64,000 bases of DNA from an uncultured Nitrososphaerota archaeon (GCA_963799845.1 CAWCYI010000004.1:1888001-1952000), one strand, 5' to 3'. Positions 11,587-21,274 are shown, counted from the stretch's first letter. Notes: a model not told the origin generated them from the letters alone. Made by a program: numbers and translations.

Positions 11587-11814
11587 ATGTATTCTCAGCT
11601 ATCTGAATTGGATAGAAAATTGTTGAGAATGCTTGTGAGTACTGGCGGTGAAATATCTACCAATGAATTATCCCAGCAACTTGCTATTCCATCAGGCACT
11701 GTGCAGAGGAGACGCAAGAAACATTACGATTTGATAAGTAATATCGGACAGCTAGACAGGCGCTCTTTCGTTCCGATGCGATTTCAGCCTTTAACCCCCT
11801 TGTTCCAAGGTTGA
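11587..11814 (+). pseudogene. Lrp/AsnC-type HTH N-terminal fragment
   Basis: LSELDRKLLRML...ELSQQLAIPSGTVQRRRK HTH; similarity ends near 11720. Confidence 0.6.
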
Positions 11815-11818
11815 TTTG

Positions 11819-12802
11819 TTAAGTTCTGTCATCATGCCCCACAGTTATGACTACATTTCCTGTTTTTTGTCCTGTATCGACATACGTGTGGGCTTCGGCA
11901 ATCTGTTCCAACGGATAGCGCCTATCAATTACAGATCTTATCTTTCCCGCTTCAATAATCTCTTTGATGAAAATCAAATCTTCAGTCTTATATGACACGG
12001 TCCCGCCTATTACTTTCTTGCCGCTCCTCGAGGTCCAAAGTGCTCGAAATTGCTGAGATAGCCCCGGGTTTCCCAAAAGATAGAACCCATTTTCCTTTAG
12101 CGATCTTATACAACCAGAGAACGAACTCTTCCCTACCACATCAAAAATAACATCATAGGTCTCCCCGTTTTTGGTGAAATCTTCATTGGTGTAATCAATG
12201 ACCTGGTCTGCGCCGATTGAGCGCAGCATGTCTAATTTCCCCGTGCTGTCCACGCCGGTTACTTCCGCCCTAAATGACTTGGCAAGCTGCACCGCAAAAG
12301 TGCCTATACTTCCGCCTGCACCAATGATCAGGACCTTCTTTCCATTTTGGATGTTTGCTTTTCTAAGAAAATGTAATGCATGCAGTCCCCCAAGTGGAAC
12401 AGCTGCGGCTTCCTCGTAGGTCATGTTGGACGGTTTTGAAGCGATCAACGCTTTTTCAGGCAGACAGTCGTATTCAGCATAAGCACCGAGACGAAAACCG
12501 GTAAGCGCAAAAACTTGGTCACCCTTCTTGAACTGTTTTACGTCTTTGCCCACTGATTCAATTTCCCCCGCTAGCTCTTGCCCCAGTATTTTTTTTCTTG
12601 GTCCCCTGAAACCAAATCCTATTCGCGCGAGTAGCCACAACCAGGTGGGCATCTTGAATCTTCGAATTTCGCAGTCCCCCATAGTCACTGTAGTCGCATG
12701 CACTCTTACCAGTACTTCACTTTCCTTGGGAATAGGTTTCTCCACCTCTTTGAGCTGGAGAACTTCTGGTGGGCCGTATTTTGTGCAGATGATCGCTTTC
12801 AT
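11819..12802 (-). CDS. NAD(P)-dependent MDR-family (quinone oxidoreductase-like) dehydrogenase
   Basis: MKAIICTKYGPPEVL, GAYAEY, GAGGSIG Rossmann motif and IDRRYPLEQIAEAH...GNVVI. Confidence 0.9.
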   Translation of the reverse strand: MKAIICTKYGPPEVLQLKEVEKPIPKESEVLVRVHATTVTMGDCEIRRFKMPTWLWLLARIGFGFRGPRKKILGQELAGEIESVGKDVKQFKKGDQVFALTGFRLGAYAEYDCLPEKALIASKPSNMTYEEAAAVPLGGLHALHFLRKANIQNGKKVLIIGAGGSIGTFAVQLAKSFRAEVTGVDSTGKLDMLRSIGADQVIDYTNEDFTKNGETYDVIFDVVGKSSFSGCIRSLKENGFYLLGNPGLSQQFRALWTSRSGKKVIGGTVSYKTEDLIFIKEIIEAGKIRSVIDRRYPLEQIAEAHTYVDTGQKTGNVVITVGHDDRT

Positions 12803-12885
12803 CAGGGCATCCTTCTTTATTTGATTGATTGTGCTTAACATTGATATTCCCTACGTCTTCTCTAATTCAATCCGCTACTCGCGCA

Positions 12886-13199
12886 TCATGCTATAGTTAT
12901 TACTACTTTTCCTTTAGCGTGCCCTTCTCCAAGATACCGGAGTGCTTCAGGAACCTCGCTTAGCTGATATCGTCTATCAATAGCAGGGACGATTTTGCCT
13001 TCTTTGCAAAGCTCAGTTACGAAGACCAAATCTTTTCGATTTGGTTGAACCGCCAAGATGCGTATTTTCTTGCCCGTGGTCATTCTAATCCATGGTCCCA
13101 GGATCAAAATTTGGAAAAGTGTAGCTGACAGAACCTCCCACGGCGAAATAGCTTCCATTGGGCCTTAGCGCCCGCTTGTAGGCGAAAACCGAACGATCG
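12886..13199 (-). pseudogene. C-terminal fragment of a second tandem MDR dehydrogenase
   Basis: RSVFAYKRALRPNGSY...IDRRYQLSEVPEALRYLGEGHAKGKVVI; 5' part missing; frameshift at ~13127. Confidence 0.8.
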
Positions 13200-13529
13200 T
13201 CGAAATTACTACGACTCGCCCGGATCTTGGTATTGGAGTGGGCAAACAGATGCCCTCTTTTTGTAAACGCGTTCAAGACTGTCGCTGGGAACCATCTTAG
13301 CATGATATTTGTCGCGGAGGATCCACAGAGCTTTCAGGACGTGGTCGACGAACACCTGCTGAAAATCGAGGGACTGATCGATTTCAGGTTCTCAAACATT
13401 CTTGACTGGACGAAGGGGTTTTGGGCGCCACTTGACCTTATTATGTCAGTTAGGGAAGAGCCGCCCTGCGGGATGAGACCATTCTGCTTGAAGTGTCCCA
13501 CGAATCCCGGGTACCCCGGAAAGGTCTAG
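13195..13529 (+). pseudogene. C-terminal part of an Lrp/AsnC-family regulator with a Cys-rich tail
   Basis: CPLFVNAFKTVAGNHLSMIFVAED RAM-like domain followed by PCG...CLKCP; no HTH. Confidence 0.55.
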
Positions 13530-13714
13530 GAGACCTCCCGACAGACAATGATTGACAAAGACATGGCTCAGAACAAAGTTGGCTGAGTGAATATTCTTAG
13601 GGCGATTTCAGAATCCGTGCTACTAAGGAATGCCCTTTCGGTACTACGGATCCGTATGCATTAACCAACCGACTAATTTAGAGGAGCGGTCGAAGCTAGC
13701 AATCGCTTCTAATT

Positions 13715-14272
13715 TTGCAGGCTAGCCACGACATATTCGGAAGCTATTCTTTCGACGCCCACATCTCGGAAATTCGAAACAAAACGACGAATTCCCGAGT
13801 TCTTCTCGTGGGATCGGACGGCTGGGACTCCCTGCAGGAAGGCCTGTACAAGAAATTCTCGACCGGTGCCTCGGTAATAATTCTGGAGATGGGATTCTCG
13901 TATGGCAAAACCGTTGCATCGCAGTCGGCCATGGATGATCAATCCGGGGAAGCGAGAGCAAGATCGATTGCAAACCTCTGTGGATTAATCACCAATGCCG
14001 GTTGGGGAACCCTCTCGTTGTCAGGCGATCTCGAAGAGGGTTCGAACATTGTCGTGTTTGTCAAGAATTGCGTTTTCTGCAACAAGAATCATCCCGCTTA
14101 TCCGTGCAACTTTTTGAGAGGAGTTGGGCTGGGGCTGGCGACGACACTGTTTCAGCAGCCCTTCAAATCTTCGTCGAACTGTTCCGTGGGAAAAGAGGAA
14201 CACTACTGCAAGATCGAGCTTCAGGCGAGCAAGTTGAGAAACTGGAGTGCGAAATTCCAGCAAAAGCCGTGA
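13715..14272 (+). CDS. V4R (4-vinyl reductase) domain protein
   Basis: LEMGFSYG, AGWGTL, NCVFC...PCNFLRG...C...C motifs. Confidence 0.8.
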   Translation: MQASHDIFGSYSFDAHISEIRNKTTNSRVLLVGSDGWDSLQEGLYKKFSTGASVIILEMGFSYGKTVASQSAMDDQSGEARARSIANLCGLITNAGWGTLSLSGDLEEGSNIVVFVKNCVFCNKNHPAYPCNFLRGVGLGLATTLFQQPFKSSSNCSVGKEEHYCKIELQASKLRNWSAKFQQKP

Positions 14273-14279
14273 GATCCAA

Positions 14280-15107
14280 TTGGTCGCAGAAGCAAAACAA
14301 GAACTTACGGAAAAAGAAAACGAGAACAAATTAGTAGACCAATCGTCGAGCTCGCGTAACGCATATCTGATAGCCACTGCGGTCTGGCTTTTGGTAACTG
14401 CAATCTTTGGGTTCCAGTCGTTCTATCCAAACTTAATCGGTCCTATTTCGAACGTTCTTCCTTCCATGCTAGCTGGCACCGCACTGGTTTGTGCCGGCCT
14501 GTGCGTGCGAAAGTACGGACTCAAATTGAGCGAGAATTTTGCGCGGATGTGGTTTTTGTTTGCCCTGGGACCTGCTTTCTGGGTGGTAGCTGAGATTACG
14601 TGGGCAATCTATTACTTTTTTCTCAATGTCCCGGTGCCATATCCGTCAATTGCGGATATATTCTACATAGGAGCATACCTGCCGCTCTCGATCGGTCTAT
14701 TCATGTACTTCAGGGCGTTTTCTGGTGCTCTAACTAGACGTAGACTCGCCGCATCTCTTGGTACGATAGCGGTGGCGGCAGTTCTAATTTTCACATTTGT
14801 TATCCCGACTGAGCTGAAGATGGCAAACCCGCCGATCGTAACTGTAACTGACCTAACCTATCCAGCTCTTGATCTTGTCTTATTCTCTCTTGCTGTTTTG
14901 AGCCTTGCAATATTTCTGGGAGGATCAATTGGAAAATGGTGGATTATGGTAGTCGGTGCAATTATTCTAGATATCGTGGCGGATGAGTATTTCCTTTATC
15001 TCGAAGCAAAGGGGACTTATTACAACGGCAGTTTTGACGATCTGATTTACCTGTGGGCCTATCTGATTTTTGCGCTAGCGTTTTACGTCCACAAGAAAGA
15101 ACTTTGA
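14280..15107 (+). CDS. Multi-pass membrane protein resembling N-terminal sensor modules of signalling proteins
   Basis: About 8 TM segments with PYPSIADIFY and YPALDL motifs; no cytoplasmic output domain. Confidence 0.7.
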   Translation: MVAEAKQELTEKENENKLVDQSSSSRNAYLIATAVWLLVTAIFGFQSFYPNLIGPISNVLPSMLAGTALVCAGLCVRKYGLKLSENFARMWFLFALGPAFWVVAEITWAIYYFFLNVPVPYPSIADIFYIGAYLPLSIGLFMYFRAFSGALTRRRLAASLGTIAVAAVLIFTFVIPTELKMANPPIVTVTDLTYPALDLVLFSLAVLSLAIFLGGSIGKWWIMVVGAIILDIVADEYFLYLEAKGTYYNGSFDDLIYLWAYLIFALAFYVHKKEL

Positions 15108-15133
15108 TTGTCATCTATCGCTTTGATTTCGTG

Positions 15134-15622
15134 TCAACTGCCAGTCGAAGTAACACTCGTACTTAAACCTGAGACTTTCGCGTGCATCGTACGTGGCATG
15201 CTGACTAATCTCCCTAGATTGATGTACACGAGTATTGCGACGAGAAACGCGACAGACATCAGGTATGACTCTGCGTTGTTGGTGTATCCACTGGAAGCAA
15301 GTGCCAGACCAGAAAAACCAGCTACAATTATGGAGACAGCGCCCACGAGCGAAAGAATCGCCGCACCGACATTCTTCAAAAGGGCTGCAAAAATCAGCGC
15401 GACGATTGATAGAATGCCGAGCAAGATTCCCACTATAAGATGTATACCCAGTTCAAGCTTCCCGCTGAAATCCGGTTGCTGAGAAAGAGTCAGCTTCGTC
15501 CCAATTGGGACTGCGGCGTACAGGTTGACCCACATGCCCGACAAGAACTCGACTATGAGTAGAGTGACAATAGCCATGATAGAGTATCTAACGGCGAGGG
15601 AAAAAATTCTGCTGCGAGACAT
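15134..15622 (-). CDS. 4-TM membrane protein
   Basis: Hydrophobic helices with GMWVNLY and HLIVG motifs. Confidence 0.7.
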   Translation of the reverse strand: MSRSRIFSLAVRYSIMAIVTLLIVEFLSGMWVNLYAAVPIGTKLTLSQQPDFSGKLELGIHLIVGILLGILSIVALIFAALLKNVGAAILSLVGAVSIIVAGFSGLALASSGYTNNAESYLMSVAFLVAILVYINLGRLVSMPRTMHAKVSGLSTSVTSTGS

Positions 15623-15687
15623 TTAGAGCAATCAGATCTCCTTTGAGCGAGCAAATCCAAGTAATCGGGTTTCCGAATTGAGGACAC

Positions 15688-16146
15688 CTAGTTTACTGGA
15701 GCCACTGAATGTGCTGCCTCTTCCGCTATCTGCGAGAGGGCCTTCTCTGTCACTTCAGAGATGTTGTCCTTGATAAACCCAATCGCAAATCCTGGAACCC
15801 CTTTCATCTCAAATTCCCAATTCACTTCGATCATAGTTCGATCTTCGCTCAACTTGCTGAGAACGATCTTACGCGTGCCAAGCATCGGTCCCTTTGTCAT
15901 CCTAAGCGTGGTAGATTTGTTGGGGAAATCAGCTACCAGAGTCTGCACGCTCTTTGCTTCTCCCATCGGCCCGCGACGGATTTTCACTTCTCTCTCGACT
16001 GAATTGCCCGTTCTGCCTAGTATCTTGACGTCTCTTAGCAGTGACCAATTTTTGTGCTCGTTATCCAGATCGGCGACTAGTTTCCATACCGCTTCGATCG
16101 GTGCTGGTACTTCTTGACTCTTGTTTATCTCGATCATTTTTTTCAC
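15688..16146 (-). CDS. SRPBCC/polyketide-cyclase (START-like) family protein
   Basis: APIEAVWKLVADL N-terminal motif and C-terminal long helix. Confidence 0.8.
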   Translation of the reverse strand: MKKMIEINKSQEVPAPIEAVWKLVADLDNEHKNWSLLRDVKILGRTGNSVEREVKIRRGPMGEAKSVQTLVADFPNKSTTLRMTKGPMLGTRKIVLSKLSEDRTMIEVNWEFEMKGVPGFAIGFIKDNISEVTEKALSQIAEEAAHSVAPVN

Positions 16147-16187
16147 AGGACCTTCCTAATCGTCTGATGATAGGTGATATATTTCGC

Positions 16188-16208
16188 ATGTTACGTCTTG
16201 AGTAACAT
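16188..16208. promoter_or_regulatory. Inverted repeat ATGTTAC-N7-GTAACAT, candidate TrmB operator
   Basis: Perfect 7-bp arms just upstream of the SRPBCC promoter; the same motif recurs at 17068. Confidence 0.65.
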
Positions 16209-16231
16209 TGACAGAACCAAGTTTCAGGTGG

Positions 16232-16636
16232 TCAGGAAGGATCGAGGGTGATCGAGAAAAATCCTATTTCGCCCCACCGAATTCCTTCGAACAGAAAGAA
16301 AAATCTGGTAATGAAGCCGAGCTTTCTGGTGTAAACCTTGCGAGCCTTTATTGCTTCCTCACCTTCGAGCTTCACGACTCGTGCATTAATCCAGTCGCCC
16401 TTGGTGTCGCCTCGAAAGGTTGACGGCGCTATACGAACTATTGGATTCCTCATCACTCTCTTCGCTTTCCAGGCCTTCAGTGCCGTTTGGAAGTAGAGCT
16501 TTCCGCTTTCCTCCACGAAAACGACCGGAGTGCGAACCGGGTTGCCATTCTTCTTGTATGATTCCAGATTAATCACTCTCTGATTACGAAAAGCCGCCAG
16601 TTTTTGCGAAACATCGGGGGTCGACATCCAATTCAT
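16232..16636 (-). CDS. PPOX-class F420-dependent oxidoreductase (Rv2061-like)
   Basis: INLESYKKNGNPVRTPV...KAKRVMRNPIVRIAP motif. Confidence 0.82.
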   Translation of the reverse strand: MNWMSTPDVSQKLAAFRNQRVINLESYKKNGNPVRTPVVFVEESGKLYFQTALKAWKAKRVMRNPIVRIAPSTFRGDTKGDWINARVVKLEGEEAIKARKVYTRKLGFITRFFFLFEGIRWGEIGFFSITLDPS

Positions 16637-16660
16637 CTCCTGAATGAAAATTTCCTTCCC

Positions 16661-17017
16661 TCAGCTTTGCTCCAGGTCCTTTGTCATCTGGTCGAGCTGT
16701 TCTTTTGTGATCTCGCCCTTGGCGTATCGCTCTCTTAGGGCAACCATTGCTGGATCATAGTATTGTCCGTCACTCCAACCGCGACCCCATCCCCAGCAAC
16801 CCCAGAAGAACCAGCGAAATCCGAAGAAAAAGAGGAATATCACCGGGATGAAGATGAGCGGGAAGAACGGAAACGGGAACCAGTAGTATACCCCTGGGTG
16901 AACCCCAGTAGTTGCGAAGTACAAGCCGATTCCAGCGACTATTGCTACGACGCTTACGGCCACTAGTATCGGTACTAGGAGCCACCTTGTCGAAGGACGA
17001 TTACGTGATGGATACAT
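16661..17017 (-). CDS. SHOCT-domain membrane protein
   Basis: Two TM helices and a C-terminal LRERYAKGEITKEQ motif. Confidence 0.85.
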   Translation of the reverse strand: MYPSRNRPSTRWLLVPILVAVSVVAIVAGIGLYFATTGVHPGVYYWFPFPFFPLIFIPVIFLFFFGFRWFFWGCWGWGRGWSDGQYYDPAMVALRERYAKGEITKEQLDQMTKDLEQS

Positions 17018-17067
17018 GTTTGATGTTACACCAATGGTCCAACCGTTCCAAAATCTAATATCCCTGT

Positions 17068-17086
17068 TGTTACTCCTGAGGTAACA
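17068..17086. promoter_or_regulatory. Inverted repeat TGTTAC-N7-GTAACA, candidate TrmB autoregulatory operator
   Basis: Lies between the TATA-like element and the trmB ATG; a half-match occurs at 17023-17043. Confidence 0.65.
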
Positions 17087-17091
17087 TCCTC

Positions 17092-17919
17092 ATGAGCTCA
17101 ACGGAATACCTAGTCGGGCTAGGTCTGAACAAGAACGAAGCTGAAGCTCTCGATGCTTTGATTTCACTCGGACCCGCGGGGGCATCTGACGTCCACAAGT
17201 ACTCTGGTATGCCCAGAAACAAAGCGTACGAGTCGCTAGAGAGCCTGGCTGAACGTGGAATGATCGAAATTCAGCACGGGCGGCCAACGCTTTACAGAGC
17301 GATGGGCGCAAAGGCCGTAATCAATAATCTAGTGGATGAATATTCTAAGGAGGCAAAGGAGGCACTCGGCCTTCTTGAAAGAAAGCAAGAGGATTTGAAG
17401 GAGGGATCGGAATCCGATATTCAGAACACCTCAGCCTGGATGGTCAGAGGAGAGCTCGGGGTCAAGAGGCGACTCGCGGAGCTAATTTACAACGCGAAAG
17501 GTGATATTTTTGTCATGGGCGGATACCCGCCGAAGTACGCGCTCGCGGTCAAATCCGCCCTAAAGGCAGCATCGAAAAAAGGAGTGAGCGCAAGGGCAAT
17601 ATCGATGATAAGGCCCTTCGAGGATGTCGATATCTCTCAAGACGATAGGACGGTCATCGAATTCAGAACCGTGAAAGCATCGCCAAAGCTAGCGCAGAAG
17701 ATTGATGCTTATGATGAAAAGTTGATTGACAGCTTCAGAAGCATGTCAGGCTATGGTGCAATGGTTATTATCGACGAATCTACCGCCTTTGACATTGTAG
17801 ATGACGGCAAGGATCCAAAGAAAGTGGCTGGGATTCTATTTAGGGCTCCAGGCATTCCTCGCATCCAGAAGGCGACGGTCGAGAGAATAATCGGATTGTA
17901 CACAAGGAAACTTAACTAG
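17092..17919 (+). CDS. TrmB-family transcriptional regulator
   Basis: LGLNKNEA...MPRNKAYESLESLAERG...GRPTLY wHTH plus an effector domain. Confidence 0.88.
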   Translation: MSSTEYLVGLGLNKNEAEALDALISLGPAGASDVHKYSGMPRNKAYESLESLAERGMIEIQHGRPTLYRAMGAKAVINNLVDEYSKEAKEALGLLERKQEDLKEGSESDIQNTSAWMVRGELGVKRRLAELIYNAKGDIFVMGGYPPKYALAVKSALKAASKKGVSARAISMIRPFEDVDISQDDRTVIEFRTVKASPKLAQKIDAYDEKLIDSFRSMSGYGAMVIIDESTAFDIVDDGKDPKKVAGILFRAPGIPRIQKATVERIIGLYTRKLN

Positions 17920-17957
17920 CCTCGGTTGGCTTCCATTGAAATTAGCTATGGATCATC

Positions 17958-18563
17958 CTAGAAAACTCTAGTCGAGCGCCCTTCCTCCATCTGGTACAAA
18001 TGGTCTGCGCACTCGGAATCCTCGGCGTGTTGCGTCGAAAAGATTACATCAATCGTTGACTTGCGGGCAAACTCGCGGTAGGCGTTGATGAATTCCTTCC
18101 TATTGTCTATGTTCCCAAATGCCTCATCGACCAGTATCACTTTTGGAGAGGCGATTAGAGCCGTTGCGAGCGAAACGCGCTCCTTCATTCCCAGGCTCAA
18201 TTTCGAAACTTTGCCCTGGTAATTGATGCCAAGATTTTTCTTGATCTCCGCGACCTCGTTGTACTCAACATGCCTCTTTCGAAGCTTCGCGCCCCAGACA
18301 AGATGCTTGTCCACAATCAAATTTGGGAGGCACGAGTCCGGCGTTACCAAGACAACTTGCTTTTTCTCAACACTGACATCGGTTATTGTTTCGGAGTTGA
18401 TTTTGACGTACCCTTCATCGGGTTTGTAAACACCCGCGATGACGTTTAGAAGTGATGTTTTTCCGGAGCCATTTTTTCCGACAAGACAGATGAAATTCTC
18501 GTCCTTCAGTTCAGAGTCCAAGAAGAAAGATCCCAATTTTTTCTTGGCTTTGAGCTCTATCAA
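17958..18563 (-). CDS. wtpC: Molybdate/tungstate ABC transporter ATP-binding subunit
   Basis: Walker A GKNGSGKT, signature LSLGMKER, Walker B VILVDE; genomic context. Confidence 0.8.
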   Translation of the reverse strand: MIELKAKKKLGSFFLDSELKDENFICLVGKNGSGKTSLLNVIAGVYKPDEGYVKINSETITDVSVEKKQVVLVTPDSCLPNLIVDKHLVWGAKLRKRHVEYNEVAEIKKNLGINYQGKVSKLSLGMKERVSLATALIASPKVILVDEAFGNIDNRKEFINAYREFARKSTIDVIFSTQHAEDSECADHLYQMEEGRSTRVF

Positions 18564-18657
18564 ATATCGAACGCCGGAAAAGGAATGATTTTACAATTCC
18601 CGACTTTATAGGGATTTGCTGTTTTTCAGATCGAGAATGATTTCGCGAGGTGTGAAA

Positions 18658-18675
18658 GCAACGACATAGCGTTGC
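18658..18675. promoter_or_regulatory. GCAAC-N8-GTTGC inverted repeat, candidate Tfx site, 6 nt upstream of a TATA-like box
   Basis: AAGCAACGACATAGCGTTGC-accctg-CTTATTA; same architecture at 20002. Confidence 0.6.
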
Positions 18676-18732
18676 ACCCTGCTTATTAGTTGCTTGACGT
18701 TACACACTCGACCTAGCATTGGTCATCCCGAA

Positions 18733-19509
18733 ATGAACTGGCTCAGAGTAATCTCCTACACTGTTCTGACTCTGCTGATAATTCCGATTCTGGTTTTGCT
18801 CTACGAAGGTTTTGGCCCGATGAGGACACCCTCCGGTTACAGCTCCGGGGTTTTCAGATCGATTGAGCTCACACTGCTTGGCTCCACAATTGCAGTCCTG
18901 ATTGCGGTAGCACTCTACACGCCACTCGCATATTACTTTGCAAGAAATGAAAGCACCGTCACTCAGGGGATTGCCGACATACCTGCCTCGATTCCGCACC
19001 CAATTGTGGGAATTGCGCTCCTAATCTTGGTGAGCCCGCTCACTCCTCTGGGAAGATTTCTGGTCTCCATCGGCTTTGATGTGTTCAATACTTTGTTGGG
19101 ATACGTGATATGCCTGGTAATCGTTACGGCCCCGATTTATATCAAGGCGATGATGCCGTTCTTCGAATCGATGAACAGATCAGCTGAAAACTATGCTTCA
19201 GGTCTCGGGGCTTCTCAGCTGCGAAGGTTCGTTTCGGTTGTTCTGCCAAATTCGGGAAGGGGGATACTATCTGCTTCCCTGATCTCCATGAGCAGGGGGT
19301 TGAGCGAATATGGATCTATCGCGATAATTGCGTACGAGCTCTTGAGCCGGCCGTTCTATGGAGTCAGTCCAATTTCCGTCTTCATTGTTAATGAATACGA
19401 AGCTGCAAATCTCGGAGCCGCGGTAACCACTTCTGCCGTAATGATTGTTATTTCGTTCGCGATCATGTTCGCGTTCAGAGTGGTCCAGCGTCCGATTACT
19501 AGGACGTGA
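18733..19509 (+). CDS. wtpB: Molybdate/tungstate ABC transporter permease
   Basis: IPASIPHPIVGIAL, EAA-like loop AENYASGLGAS and SRGLSEYG motifs. Confidence 0.85.
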   Translation: MNWLRVISYTVLTLLIIPILVLLYEGFGPMRTPSGYSSGVFRSIELTLLGSTIAVLIAVALYTPLAYYFARNESTVTQGIADIPASIPHPIVGIALLILVSPLTPLGRFLVSIGFDVFNTLLGYVICLVIVTAPIYIKAMMPFFESMNRSAENYASGLGASQLRRFVSVVLPNSGRGILSASLISMSRGLSEYGSIAIIAYELLSRPFYGVSPISVFIVNEYEAANLGAAVTTSAVMIVISFAIMFAFRVVQRPITRT

Positions 19510-19564
19510 CGGACAATGCTTCATACTACTTTGGAGTTCGTGAGTCTGGTTGACAGTTTCTAGA

Positions 19565-19830
19565 ATGAAAGGCAGCCTATTCAACCAAAAACAATGGAAG
19601 ATCCTGGAGCTCCGAGCTCGCGGATTTACTCAGTTAGAGACTGCAAAAAAGCTTGGGACATCCAGGGCAAACGTTTCGATGATCGAATGGCGCGCAAGAA
19701 GGAAATTGGATAAGGCCCGAGCTACCATCCAAGTCTACGAAAATTTGCAATCCTCCCGTAGGGTCTCGGTCGATAGGGTAACCAAGCTGAAATCCCCGTG
19801 ATAGTCCTGCACGAAGGCGACAGGCGTCCC
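19565..19830 (+). pseudogene. tfx: Tfx-family DNA-binding protein, frameshifted at ~19788 and truncated
   Basis: GFTQLETAKKLGTSRANVSMIE. The shifted frame reads EIPVIVLHEGDR, matching KVPMIVLLEADK in the paralog, then similarity stops. Confidence 0.75.
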
Positions 19831-20001
19831 ATTCATGGCAAGAACTGTATTTTTTGAAAGATCAAGAAAAAATTTTGAAGAGAAAAAAAGCGGGGAAATC
19901 GTCTATGAACAATGTACGATCGCCTAACTGTCTTAACTCTACTCTAGTTGAATCTGAGTTAAGATTTCAGATTGGTTCCAGCGCTCGTCTAAAGCGGCTA
20001 A

Positions 20002-20019
20002 GCAACAAGGTAACGTTGC
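20002..20019. promoter_or_regulatory. GCAAC-N8-GTTGC inverted repeat, candidate Tfx site, 6 nt upstream of TTTAAAT
   Basis: AAGCAACAAGGTAACGTTGC-gtcccg-TTTAAAT upstream of wtpA. Confidence 0.6.
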
Positions 20020-20077
20020 GTCCCGTTTAAATCAAACAATTATTCCCAAAATTGGCTCAACGAGTTCTCAAAAAGAC

Positions 20078-21274
20078 ATGAATCATAATGCTAGACTAGT
20101 CAGAAGATCAGGAAGTTCATTTGGCAATTCATCGAGAGGCATCGCAACTACGGTTGTCGTTCTCGTCGTCATCGTAATTATATTGATCGCGGGTGTGGCT
20201 TACCTTGCCGTATCTCCGACGAAGACGGTAACTTCAGTCGTAACGCAAACATCAACTGCAACATCTGTGGTTTCCTCTACAGTTACATCTACAGCGACGA
20301 CTACAAGCATTTTCGCAAATCCATTGTTGTTGTACTCCGCTGATTCGCAAGTAAACGAGTCGGGAGTTCTTGAAGCCGCCTTCACAGCTCAGACTGGAAC
20401 CCCGATGGCGACGCCAGTGAGTGCAGGTTCTGGGGCTTTGGCTGCGGACATTTCGGCGGGCGATCCTGTCAGTGTGTTCCTTTCAATTTCCCACAGCTCA
20501 GTCGGACAGGGAGACCTTGGTGCCGAGTACCCAGGTTGGGCGATAGCTTTCGCCGGCGACCAGTTCGACATCGCGTACTCTGCCTCAACTTCTCAAACTG
20601 CGGGAGGCAAAGCAGTTTTAGCAGCCTACGCGACCGCAAGTACAACAAACACAACCGGGGCCTGGTACGACTTTTTCAATAATCTGACCTCGGGCCAGGT
20701 TAAAGTCGGAATCTCAAACCCGGTTGCGGATCCCGCGGGCTACAGAGGTTGGTTGAGCATGGAATTAGCAGGAATAGCCTACGATGGTGGAATAGCCAAC
20801 GAGCAGTACTTTGTCAACAGGATGCTCACAAATCAGGCGAACGTTACAGGGCCGAGCGCAGCAGCACTAGTACCGTCACTTCAAACAGGACAAATTCAGT
20901 TTCTCTTCTACTACAGATCTGCCATTGTATCGGGAGGGCTGAGTCTAATACAACTCGCTAATCCAACAAATCTTGGGGAAAGCGCTGACAACACATTCTA
21001 CGGTCAGGCGAATTACACCCTTCCCACCGAGGTCCAGACGGGTTCCGCCATTACACTCTGGATCACGGTGCCAGAGGATAGTACCGACCCAGCCGATTCG
21101 GTTAGATTCGTAGTCTTCGTAATCCAGAATTATGCGAATCTCTTGAAAAACTTTGAACTAACGCCTTTCAGCCCAGCACACCTGTATAATGATACGGCGA
21201 CCAGCGCACCGACTCCAATAGTAGCACTGCTCAACGCAGGGACTCTAGTGGAAAAAGGTCCTGTCGGTTCGTAA
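20078..21274 (+). CDS. wtpA: WtpA/ModA-like oxyanion-binding protein, membrane anchored with a Thr-rich linker
   Basis: GSGALA, SNPVADPAGYR and FYYRSA motifs; N-terminal TM. Confidence 0.8.
   Translation: MNHNARLVRRSGSSFGNSSRGIATTVVVLVVIVIILIAGVAYLAVSPTKTVTSVVTQTSTATSVVSSTVTSTATTTSIFANPLLLYSADSQVNESGVLEAAFTAQTGTPMATPVSAGSGALAADISAGDPVSVFLSISHSSVGQGDLGAEYPGWAIAFAGDQFDIAYSASTSQTAGGKAVLAAYATASTTNTTGAWYDFFNNLTSGQVKVGISNPVADPAGYRGWLSMELAGIAYDGGIANEQYFVNRMLTNQANVTGPSAAALVPSLQTGQIQFLFYYRSAIVSGGLSLIQLANPTNLGESADNTFYGQANYTLPTEVQTGSAITLWITVPEDSTDPADSVRFVVFVIQNYANLLKNFELTPFSPAHLYNDTATSAPTPIVALLNAGTLVEKGPVGS

Noticed and set aside
13608-13650. Hairpin ATCCGTG...TACGGAT upstream of the V4R gene as a riboswitch
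   Set aside because: A single imperfect stem with no recognisable aptamer motif.
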